From: an uncultured Pseudomonadales bacterium
GTDB taxonomy: Bacteria; Patescibacteriota; Microgenomatia; UBA1400; PJMF01
DNA length: 64,000 bases
Reading direction: 5' to 3'
NCBI GenBank assembly: GCA_964637295.1
Contig: CAZWWE010000001.1
Coordinates: forward strand, 188,312 to 252,311
A program made the position numbers and the translations under genes. The stretch's first letter is position 1, and the number at the start of each line of letters is the position of its first letter. The notes under the pieces were generated by a model. It was not told the DNA's origin. It did not search any database and saw only the letters and a list, made by a program, of their open reading frames with translations. Below are positions 49,640 to 57,280 of this stretch, piece after piece.

Positions 49640-50092
49640 ATGTATAAACCCAAAGATTTTTTGCCAGCCAAATATGGATCTAAAGCTACTACTAAGCCTA
49701 TGGTCTCTTCCCCTTGGAATGATTTAGCTAAAACTCCTAAAATTCCAGATTACGAGAGACCAGCTGAGATGAGTCCTGATCATAAACTCACTGAGCTAAA
49801 GGCCATCGATCAACAAAATCAACAAACAAAAACAACTCCAAGTGCTGAAGCTGTGACTTCCAAAGCTTCATTGGGTAAAAAGCCCACGCTGATAAATCAG
49901 AAACTCGCCGGCTTACTAATGGTTTTCTTTTTAGTCATTGGAGTTTTTGCTAGCTACATGTTGAGCAAACAGAATCAAGATCTGAGACAAAAAGCATATG
50001 TGCCCGACGAACCAAGCGATCCTTATCCTGAAGGAGAAATTTGTACTAACCCAGATGGATGCGTAATTGGGTGGGAAATTGTTGAAAAATAA
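49640..50092 (+). CDS. Short membrane protein consisting essentially of the conserved N-terminal anchor module
   Basis: 150 aa: MYKPKDFLPAKY..., a TM (LMVFFLVIGVFASYML), the motif SKQNQDLRQKAY, then CTNPDGCVIGW. It is homologous to the N-terminus of the C39-like peptidase (14794..15969). Confidence 0.45.
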   Translation: MYKPKDFLPAKYGSKATTKPMVSSPWNDLAKTPKIPDYERPAEMSPDHKLTELKAIDQQNQQTKTTPSAEAVTSKASLGKKPTLINQKLAGLLMVFFLVIGVFASYMLSKQNQDLRQKAYVPDEPSDPYPEGEICTNPDGCVIGWEIVEK

Positions 50093-50106
50093 AATATTTA
50101 AAACAA

Positions 50107-52326
50107 ATGCAATTGAAACAAAAATTAAAAAAAACCAATCTTTTTTTCTTCTTTATTTTTAGCTTAATCCTAGCTTTTGTTTTTACTGAAAATAAAATTA
50201 ATCAAATTCAAGCCGAAGGTTTGGTTGAAAAATATCAATGTATTCAAGTTGCGGTTAAATATGGAGAATCCATAAAAAACAGCAAAGCTCAATTTTCCAG
50301 TGAACCTGATTGTAAAAAACAACTGGTTTATATTTTAAACAACCCGGGTGGACAAAGCCCTGGCGTCTGCGGCTCAACTGCCACTTGTACTAACAACAAC
50401 TGGCAAGCTTGTGGCACCGGTTTTGAATGTTTATATAGTTGTTATACGAACGATGGAAAGCAATGTCGTCTCGTACGGAGTAGCGGAACAGGAGGTGGCG
50501 GCAATGGCTCTTGCGACAATAGCAGTGCTACGGCAGCGGTTTGTCGAGGACTAAATGAGGGAGTAAAACTTTATCAATGTAATTGGCAAGGTAGCGGCAA
50601 AAGCTTACAGTGTCAAAGAACTTTTGGAACTCAATGTGCTGCTGTGGAAATTAACGATCTAGCCTGCAATGGAACCATTCCCATTGAAACTAATCCGCCG
50701 CCCAATGGCACTTGTGTTAATACTGGCAGGCCATTTACTGGTCAATGTGTAAAATTCACCTGTAATCAATGTGATCAAAACGGTCGTTGCGGTGAAGAAG
50801 CAATGAGCAATCGAGAATTTGGACCCTGCGATCAGCTTAATTCTCAAGCTAATGAATGTTATCAAATTGATGCGGTAGATGATCAAAAAAATTATTGCAT
50901 ACTTCCAAATTGGACAGAAATCGTACACTGTCCATCTTCTTGTATGCAAAACCCTGTTCCAGTTAATCCAAGTTCAGAGCCTTCCGACAATCCTTCACCT
51001 ACTCAAAAACTTGCTTGTGGTCAGTACGGCTGTACTAGAAATGCCGACTGCGATAATGGCTTGACTTGTCAAACCGTAGAAGTAGATGGTCGTAATCGAA
51101 AAATCTGTGCCAAAGGTGAAAATCAGCTTTTCTGCGCTGCTGCGCCATCGGTTAAAAATTGTTGTGAAAGTCAACCCATGCCTGTTTGTGCCAGTATTGA
51201 AATGCTCAATGCCAATAACGAAGTCATGCAAGGCAATGACGATGAAGCTTTAAAATTAAATGACAAAGTGCGCTTCCGCTGTTCAGCCAGCGGCAATCAA
51301 GATATAGAGTTTGATTATCAATTTAGAATTTGGGACGCTGTAACGGCTACTTGGACCGATATTACTGATTTGACCGATACTGTCGCCAAGAATATTTCTG
51401 CTCTCTACACTATTAAAAATTTCGGCAAGCATATCGCTCAGGGTCGCATTTGTTGGGGTAATAGTTGTCAGCCCTGGGAAAGTCCTGAAACCACTCCCAC
51501 TCAAGCCTGCCAAGATGATGAAGATTGTCCAAGTGGTTCCACTTGTTATCAACCACCAATGCCGGCTTGTCCTTCAGGCACTTCTTGCCCTCAGGTCATG
51601 CCTGCTAAATATTGCAAAGAAGAAACCGACAACAATACCACTGCTCGCTGCCAAAGCAACGCTGACTGTCAAAATGGTTACACCTGCTCCAGCACGCCAG
51701 CAGGCGGCTGCCCATTAGTGACGGTCAATGGCGTCAAAGTGCCTTCTAATTGTGCTTCTGCTCCAATTTGCCGCCAAGCCGAAGGCATTAGTTGCACCAA
51801 CACCACAGATTGTTTTATGGGCTACAGTTGTCAAAATAGACAATGCAAGAGACAAGCTGGTGCTTGTCAAAGCGACGCTGATTGTCAGAATGGTTACACT
51901 TGCTATCAACCCACCACTGCAGAAATTGCTAATTGTTCTGGAGCAAACTGCGCCCAAGTTGCTTCTTATTGCAAAGAAAAAACCGTCAGTTGTCAAAGCG
52001 ACGCTGATTGCAAAGAAGGCTATCTCTGCTCAGCGGAAGTTAGCGGTAGTAGCGGCAACGCTTCTTATACTTCAATTTCAACTAATAAAATTTGTCAAAA
52101 AATCGAAGGTATGACTTGCCAAAACTCAAGTGCTTGCGGCACTGGTTATGCTTGTTACAGCGGTCATTGCACACAAACCATTAAAACTTGTCAAAATAAC
52201 GATGAATGCGGTACGGGCTATGCTTGTTGCACCTCTTCTATGCCAGCCTGTCCTCCTGGAGTCTCTTGCCCTCAGGTTATGCCCGCTAAAAATTGCGTGC
52301 TTAGTAAATATTGTGTAAACAGATAA
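50107..52326 (+). CDS. Secreted cysteine-rich repeat protein
   Basis: 739 aa with a cleavable-type signal peptide and more than 90 Cys. The repeated motifs are CQSDADCQNGYTCY (3 copies) and MPACPSGTSCPQVMPAKYC (2 copies). Confidence 0.65.
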   Translation: MQLKQKLKKTNLFFFFIFSLILAFVFTENKINQIQAEGLVEKYQCIQVAVKYGESIKNSKAQFSSEPDCKKQLVYILNNPGGQSPGVCGSTATCTNNNWQACGTGFECLYSCYTNDGKQCRLVRSSGTGGGGNGSCDNSSATAAVCRGLNEGVKLYQCNWQGSGKSLQCQRTFGTQCAAVEINDLACNGTIPIETNPPPNGTCVNTGRPFTGQCVKFTCNQCDQNGRCGEEAMSNREFGPCDQLNSQANECYQIDAVDDQKNYCILPNWTEIVHCPSSCMQNPVPVNPSSEPSDNPSPTQKLACGQYGCTRNADCDNGLTCQTVEVDGRNRKICAKGENQLFCAAAPSVKNCCESQPMPVCASIEMLNANNEVMQGNDDEALKLNDKVRFRCSASGNQDIEFDYQFRIWDAVTATWTDITDLTDTVAKNISALYTIKNFGKHIAQGRICWGNSCQPWESPETTPTQACQDDEDCPSGSTCYQPPMPACPSGTSCPQVMPAKYCKEETDNNTTARCQSNADCQNGYTCSSTPAGGCPLVTVNGVKVPSNCASAPICRQAEGISCTNTTDCFMGYSCQNRQCKRQAGACQSDADCQNGYTCYQPTTAEIANCSGANCAQVASYCKEKTVSCQSDADCKEGYLCSAEVSGSSGNASYTSISTNKICQKIEGMTCQNSSACGTGYACYSGHCTQTIKTCQNNDECGTGYACCTSSMPACPPGVSCPQVMPAKNCVLSKYCVNR

Positions 52327-52332
52327 AAAATA

Positions 52333-53352
52333 ATGAACATTGATCATCAAACCAAACCAGCTGTTTATTTAAAATCCAAGCAAGGACAAGGTTCTCTGCT
52401 CAAAAAAAATAATTTCAAAGTCATCGCTGCGATTTTAGGCATTTTAATTTTCTTAGGTGGAAGCATTAGCGTCTTTTTGATCAGTCAAAAACAAGACACT
52501 GCTCCAGTCGCTCCCAATGCCCCCCAATCTCAACCAGCTGCTTACATTGAAAAAACTCAAACTTGTACCCTAGAATTTGAAGTCAAAGCACCCGAGGAAG
52601 TTGAAAAACTCGCCTGTGGTGAAAAAGCTTGTACTAGCGATGCAGATTGTGCAGATAATTTGATTTGCGTCACTACTGAAGATGAGGATAGTGCAGGCAA
52701 TCCAGTCAAATACTGTGCTAAACAAGACTACAAAGAAGCTTGTCAAGACGATCCAAGTCAAGAAAGCTGTTGTGAGGAGCCAGAAGAAGTTGAAAAACTC
52801 GCCTGTGGTGAAAAAGCTTGTACTAGCGATGCAGATTGTGCAGATAATTTGATTTGCGTCACTACTGAAGATGAGGATAGTGCAGGCAATCCAGTCAAAT
52901 ACTGTGCTAAACAAGACTACAAAGAAGCTTGTCAAGACGATCCAAGTCAAGAAAGCTGTTGTGAGGAGCCAGAAGACAAACCCACTGACGAGCCGACTGA
53001 TGAACCCACCAAAAAACCCACTGACGAGCCGACTGATGAACCCACCAAAAAACCAACTAGTACGGTCACTCCAGATGACAAAAAAAATCAAAGAATTGTC
53101 ACTACGGCTGATTGTAATGAGAGTTGCCAAGCCAATGCTGACTGCAGCAACCTTAGCCACATTTGTTACAACGGGCAATGTCGTCTCGATGTCAATCCAA
53201 CCGATGCTCAGTGCAAACTACCCAATGGTGAAACTGTCATCGTTCGACCAGTCGAAGTGCCAACTCAAAGTGGCCCTGCTAATTGGCTCAACTATGTTAA
53301 AGCCGGCTTAGGCACTTTGGGTCTAGGCGCTTTATTGCTCCTACTTCTCTAA
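52333..53352 (+). CDS. Cys-rich surface protein with an N-terminal signal anchor, a tandem-duplicated 63-aa Cys module, PTDEPT repeats and a C-terminal hydrophobic tail
   Basis: 339 aa. The juxtamembrane ISQKQD follows the TM. The motif CTSDADCADNLICV resembles the motif in the 50107 protein. The C-terminus is GLGTLGLGALLLLLL. Confidence 0.65.
   Translation: MNIDHQTKPAVYLKSKQGQGSLLKKNNFKVIAAILGILIFLGGSISVFLISQKQDTAPVAPNAPQSQPAAYIEKTQTCTLEFEVKAPEEVEKLACGEKACTSDADCADNLICVTTEDEDSAGNPVKYCAKQDYKEACQDDPSQESCCEEPEEVEKLACGEKACTSDADCADNLICVTTEDEDSAGNPVKYCAKQDYKEACQDDPSQESCCEEPEDKPTDEPTDEPTKKPTDEPTDEPTKKPTSTVTPDDKKNQRIVTTADCNESCQANADCSNLSHICYNGQCRLDVNPTDAQCKLPNGETVIVRPVEVPTQSGPANWLNYVKAGLGTLGLGALLLLLL
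52594..52976 (+). repeat. Perfect tandem duplication of a 189-bp (63-codon) unit, 2 copies, inside the 52333 CDS
   Basis: The sequence 52597-52785 is repeated exactly at 52786-52974, with a period of 189 bp that is in frame. Confidence 0.9.
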
Positions 53353-53403
53353 AATCTAGAAGTCTAGTAGAATTTACCTCTGATCGATCTTAGGTAAAAT
53401 GTC

Positions 53404-53477
53404 GCGTGTGTAGCTCAATTGGTTAGAGCTCCAAGCTTATACCTTGGCGGTTCTAGGTTCGAGTCCTAGCACACGCA
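53404..53477 (+). tRNA. tRNA-Ile with a genomic UAU anticodon
   Basis: It folds into a cloverleaf with acceptor GCGTGTG / CACACGC, D arm GCTC..GAGC, anticodon stem CCAAG / CTTGG, loop CTTATAC (giving anticodon TAT) and T arm CTAGG-TTCGAGT-CCTAG. Confidence 0.8.
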
Positions 53478-53511
53478 CTTAAATAACCCATTTTTCTGCT
53501 AAAATGGAAGC

Positions 53512-53928
53512 ATGTTACGCAAGCTAATAATTATTGTTGTAGCTTTTCTGCTTCTTTTTGGTGTTTATAAATTTGCTAAAGCCAAAAATCTCTTGCCTAG
53601 TTATATTTTCTCCAAAATCGAAGAAGCTATTCCAGATAAGATTAGTTTACCATGGAATAAAGAGCAAGAAATTCAATTAGATGGAATCAAAGTAGAACAA
53701 AAAGATTTAGAAAAATTAGGTAAAGATGGCTTAGCTCAAGTACAGATTTTGGCAGAAAAAGCCAAAGAAGCCGGCACTGTCGCTCAAGATTTTGTTGAAG
53801 ACGTGGTTCAAGTCGATGAAAACTCTGATAAAAACATCTCTGAAAAAGCCTTTGAGTATGGCCGCTACATTTATTGTCAGGAAGTGGTTAAACAATACGA
53901 AGCAAATAACTCAAAGCAAACATTTTAA
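53512..53928 (+). CDS. Hypothetical secreted protein
   Basis: 138 aa with an N-terminal signal peptide (LIIIVVAFLLLFGVYKFAKA). Confidence 0.4.
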   Translation: MLRKLIIIVVAFLLLFGVYKFAKAKNLLPSYIFSKIEEAIPDKISLPWNKEQEIQLDGIKVEQKDLEKLGKDGLAQVQILAEKAKEAGTVAQDFVEDVVQVDENSDKNISEKAFEYGRYIYCQEVVKQYEANNSKQTF

Positions 53929-53947
53929 TCAATAAAACTTAAGCCAA

Positions 53948-54946
53948 CTAAAACAAATGATTATCCAAGAATTTAGGTTTTGCACCCACTCCTGAAGAAA
54001 TAATTTTTTTGACCGATTTTATTTTTTGCAAAACTGAAGCGACCTCTTTTTCGTATTTTGGCAAAGTTAAAACGTGGACATTAAAACCAGTGTTAATCGT
54101 AAAATATACAGGTAAACCAGATTTTCTTAATTGACGAACGGCTTGCATCACTTCAATAGTTCCAGGATAAAAAAGTAAAATATTTGGTTTACTAGTCAAT
54201 AAAATGCTGTGAAACTCCAAAGCTTCAGCTTCAGCTAGCTCTCCCAAAGTAATAAAGTCTTTATTTAAAATCGCTTTTTTAACAGCTGAAAGTTTTGCTC
54301 TAATATTTTTCTGACGAGCTTCAAAAAACAAACTACTTTCTGCTAAATCATGACCCTCAGTTGAACTAAGGCTTTTTTTGTCTTCAGAAACAATAGTCAC
54401 TAAATCTTTGATTGAAAAAGTAGCTGCTGGAGCAAAACTTTGCGAATAAGATTTTTCCGAAGTTGCGCCATCTAACCACTCAACAAAGCCACCGCAAACA
54501 CAACGGCAAGCCGTACCAGAACCTTGACGCGCTAAAATTGAAAGTTCTTTTTCAGATAAATTCAAACCAATTGCTTGACAAGCAGCCAAAGTTAAAGCAG
54601 CAAAACCAGAGCCAGAACTAGAAAGTCCAGTGCTTTTAGGAAAATTGTTTTCTGAAACCACCTTGGCAAAAATGTCTGTTTTTATTAAATTTTGACTTTT
54701 AGCCAAATCTCTAATTCTATCCAAATGTTTAACGACGCGAGAAGCCTCACCTTCTTCCACTTCGCCGCCAATAATCACTTCGTCTCTACTTAAATTTGAT
54801 AAAAATTCTACCGTAGTTGTGCTGTGTAATGAATCCAAAATCATTGAAATGCTGCCATTGGCTGGCAAGCGCAAAACCTTGTCTTTCTTACCCCAATATT
54901 TAACCAAAGCCACGTCACTACTCGCTTGAACGGTTATTTTTTGCAT
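53948..54946 (-). CDS. mvaD: Diphosphomevalonate decarboxylase family enzyme (GHMP superfamily)
   Basis: The N-terminal motif SDVALVKYWGKKD and the serine-rich loop TGLSSSGSGFAAL are present. Confidence 0.8.
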   Translation of the reverse strand: MQKITVQASSDVALVKYWGKKDKVLRLPANGSISMILDSLHSTTTVEFLSNLSRDEVIIGGEVEEGEASRVVKHLDRIRDLAKSQNLIKTDIFAKVVSENNFPKSTGLSSSGSGFAALTLAACQAIGLNLSEKELSILARQGSGTACRCVCGGFVEWLDGATSEKSYSQSFAPAATFSIKDLVTIVSEDKKSLSSTEGHDLAESSLFFEARQKNIRAKLSAVKKAILNKDFITLGELAEAEALEFHSILLTSKPNILLFYPGTIEVMQAVRQLRKSGLPVYFTINTGFNVHVLTLPKYEKEVASVLQKIKSVKKIISSGVGAKPKFLDNHLF

Positions 54947-54968
54947 AAAATTTCCTTTTTATTTTTAG

Positions 54969-55061
54969 TGAGACTCGAACAGCAATTTCAAGACATTTGA
55001 TGACGCGAAAAGATGTATCTAATCGAGTCATCTCTGGCTTGAAATTAGTGTTCGAGTCGTA
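54969..55061. repeat. Imperfect nested palindrome overlapping the 3' end of the GHMP kinase gene; likely a terminator or processing hairpin
   Basis: GACTCGAACAGCAATTTCAAG pairs with CTTGAAATTAGTGTTCGAGTC (2 mismatches). An inner inverted repeat TGATGAC / GTCATC is also present. Confidence 0.45.
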
Positions 55062-56037
55062 CACCCTCTGCATTCATTTCTACTTCAATAATTTTACCCC
55101 CAACTTTTTCAATTTCTCGGGCGATAGCTATTTTGCTAGCCTCATCTGATAAGGCCAGCATACAATCTCCACCTCCGGCTCCAGAAAGTTTGGCGCCCAT
55201 GGCACCAGCACTTTTGCTGGCAGCAATTAAATTTTCCAGTTCAATACTACTCACTTGCAGTCTGCGCAATAAAGTTTGATTTTCATCCATTAACAAACCC
55301 AAGTGTGGCCAATCTTGCTGTTGCAAAGTTTTCTTGGCCTGTTCTACTACAAGAGTAATGTCGCTAAAAATTTTATTTACTGTCGTCTTGTTTTCACTAT
55401 GTAAATTTTGCACCATGCGTACTAAGGTGGCTGTATCAGCCTTTACACCGGTATAACCAACCATAAAAGGCAAATTTTGTACATTGATTGGCTCAACAGT
55501 TTTATTTTGGGCAAATTTACCCTGAGGCGTAATGTAATAAAGCGTGCCACCCCAAATAGCAGCCGCAATATCAAAACCTGAGGCCACTCCTTGAATTTCT
55601 AAAACGGTAGCGTAACAAAGATCAAAAAGTTGATCATTGGTCATCGGCACTTCGTAAAATTCACTCAAAGCCTTAGCAAAGGCCACCGTGCTGGCACTAC
55701 TCGAGCCAAGACCATAAGAGCTTTTAAACTCATTTTTACTATAAACATGAATGCTCTGTTTTTGCGGATATTTTTGAAGAAAAAGTTTATAACAAGTTTC
55801 AATGAAACTTACTTCTTTGGGTAAATTTTCATTAGCAAGATCAGTGATTTTTTTTGAATAAGCTCGCAAACCCAAGTCTGGAGCATCTAAAACAAAGATT
55901 TGTTCGCCATTTTCTTCCACTGTAATTGATAGGCGGCGATCAACAGCAGTCACAATGCAAGGATGACCAAAAACCACGCTGTGTTCACCAAAAAGCATTA
56001 ATTTACCAGGTGCCGAAGTCTTAACTGTTTTTTTCAT
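55045..56037 (-). CDS. mvk: GHMP kinase, mevalonate kinase-like
   Basis: The N-terminal motif TSAPGKLMLFGEHSVVFG and the Gly-rich ATP loop GLGSSSAS are present. Confidence 0.7.
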   Translation of the reverse strand: MKKTVKTSAPGKLMLFGEHSVVFGHPCIVTAVDRRLSITVEENGEQIFVLDAPDLGLRAYSKKITDLANENLPKEVSFIETCYKLFLQKYPQKQSIHVYSKNEFKSSYGLGSSSASTVAFAKALSEFYEVPMTNDQLFDLCYATVLEIQGVASGFDIAAAIWGGTLYYITPQGKFAQNKTVEPINVQNLPFMVGYTGVKADTATLVRMVQNLHSENKTTVNKIFSDITLVVEQAKKTLQQQDWPHLGLLMDENQTLLRRLQVSSIELENLIAASKSAGAMGAKLSGAGGGDCMLALSDEASKIAIAREIEKVGGKIIEVEMNAEGVRLEH

Positions 56038-56899
56038 AAATCATTCCCAATTGAGTTTGAAAAAAATCAAAACCCATTGCTTGTAAAGTTTTTGCGAATT
56101 CTTGAGAGTTTTTGTGCCAGGCTAAAATATAACCAGAACCAGTTTCAATTCCGCCAGCACCAGTGATTTTACAAAAAGCGCCTTTGCTTCTTAAGTGTTG
56201 AATAATTCTCTGAGCTTTTTGACCCACCACGCCAATTTGCTCCAATAAAATCTGATTTGCATTTAATAGCTCTGGATTAAAAACTCCAGCTTGCAAATCA
56301 ACAAGCATTTTTTGACTTAAATCACCAATTTTTTGCAAAGTTGTCCGATTACTTGCTTCATTAGCAACTTTGCGCACCATTTCACCAGTGCTTTCACTAG
56401 CTTCTCCAGAATTTATTAAGAAAAAAGATTGATCAATCAATGTTTTATTTAATATTGGCTCAATTTTTGCTTGCTTAAAAGCAAGCAATCCTCCATAAAC
56501 TACAATGCTCGGATCCGCTCCGCTTGAACGACCATGAATAAAATTTTCTGCCTCTAAAACTAAATTGTAGAGTCGATCGGCATTTAAAGAATAATTATGA
56601 AATTTAAATAATTCGCTAAAAACAGCCGCCGCCAAAGCAGCTGATGAACCAAGACCAGACTTTTCTGGTAAATTTGATACAATTTCGATGGCCACTGACA
56701 TCTTGGGCAATTGAGCGTGTTTGTAAAAAATCTCCAAAATGTGTTGTAAATAAGGATCTTGCTTTTGTTCTTGGCTTAAAACTCCCTCCTTAATGGCACA
56801 AGTAATTCCTAAATTTAAACTCGCCAAAATAGCAGTGTGCCCATAAACCACACTGTGTTCGCCAGTTAAAATAACTTTTCCTCTATAAAAACTAGACAT
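56021..56899 (-). CDS. Second GHMP kinase, a mevalonate/phosphomevalonate kinase-family enzyme
   Basis: GKVILTGEHSVVYG and the GLGSSAALAAA loop are present. It overlaps the downstream kinase gene by 17 nt. Confidence 0.65.
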   Translation of the reverse strand: MSSFYRGKVILTGEHSVVYGHTAILASLNLGITCAIKEGVLSQEQKQDPYLQHILEIFYKHAQLPKMSVAIEIVSNLPEKSGLGSSAALAAAVFSELFKFHNYSLNADRLYNLVLEAENFIHGRSSGADPSIVVYGGLLAFKQAKIEPILNKTLIDQSFFLINSGEASESTGEMVRKVANEASNRTTLQKIGDLSQKMLVDLQAGVFNPELLNANQILLEQIGVVGQKAQRIIQHLRSKGAFCKITGAGGIETGSGYILAWHKNSQEFAKTLQAMGFDFFQTQLGMIYEKNS

Positions 56900-56916
56900 A
56901 ATTCCTTTTTCAATAT

Positions 56917-56969
56917 GAGAGAAAACTTAGTCCTTTAATCTAAGCTGTCTTATGTTAAAGGACTAAGTT
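56917..56969. repeat. Short hairpin made of the same arm sequences as the 57277 element, with the interior collapsed to an 8-nt loop
   Basis: GAGAGAAAACTTAGTCCTTTAATCTAAG pairs with CTGTCTTATGTTAAAGGACTAAGTTCTCTC. The arms are almost identical to the TIRs of the 57277-57447 element. Confidence 0.65.
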
Positions 56970-57280
56970 CTCTCTGCCTTTAGCCCGTAACAAATAATTT
57001 CTTGCGACGCTTCTTTTTTGATTTTTCTCAGCACTATTTCGACTTCATCACCAATTTTGAATTTCTGATGCGCCACTCCCATTAAAGAAATTTTTTCTTT
57101 GCCTAAATCAACTAATAAATAAGCATAAGGCAATAACTCAGTTTGATCAGAAGCAGAAACTTCCATCATTGTGACAGATAAAACTTTGCCTTTTTGACCT
57201 AAATATTTGGACCAGTTTTTATTGGAGCGCCAGTATTCTGTAATTTGCATAAAATTTTTCCATTTAACCAAATAAATCAA
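56963..57280 (-). CDS. DUF35-family OB-fold protein (thiolase/HMG-CoA synthase scaffold-like); the N-terminal zinc ribbon is absent
   Basis: 105-aa ORF with a TTG start at 57280; the first ATG is at 57250. The OB-fold signature LPYAYLLVDLGKEKISLMGV...IGDEVEIVL is present. It lies between the thiolase gene and the kinase genes. Confidence 0.55.
   Translation of the reverse strand: MIYLVKWKNFMQITEYWRSNKNWSKYLGQKGKVLSVTMMEVSASDQTELLPYAYLLVDLGKEKISLMGVAHQKFKIGDEVEIVLRKIKKEASQEIICYGLKAERT

Noticed and set aside
52594-52976. Exact tandem repeats as a possible CRISPR array.
   Set aside because: There are only two units of 189 bp with no spacers. The repeat is in frame and coding, and no cas genes are nearby.
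52570-53178. 202-aa minus-strand ORF, plus the 146-aa ORF at 52871..53311.
   Set aside because: They are antisense or out-of-frame shadows produced by the perfect 189-bp tandem repeat and the PTDEPT repeat inside the 52333..53352 gene. Their internal repeats mirror the sense-strand duplication.
53345-53403. Small palindromes (TCTAGAAGTCTAGTAGA, TTTACCTC..AGGTAAA) upstream of tRNA-Ile.
   Set aside because: They are short, with arms of 8 bp or less, and are unrelated to the 160-bp family. They are compatible with a trivial terminator or processing stem for the preceding gene.
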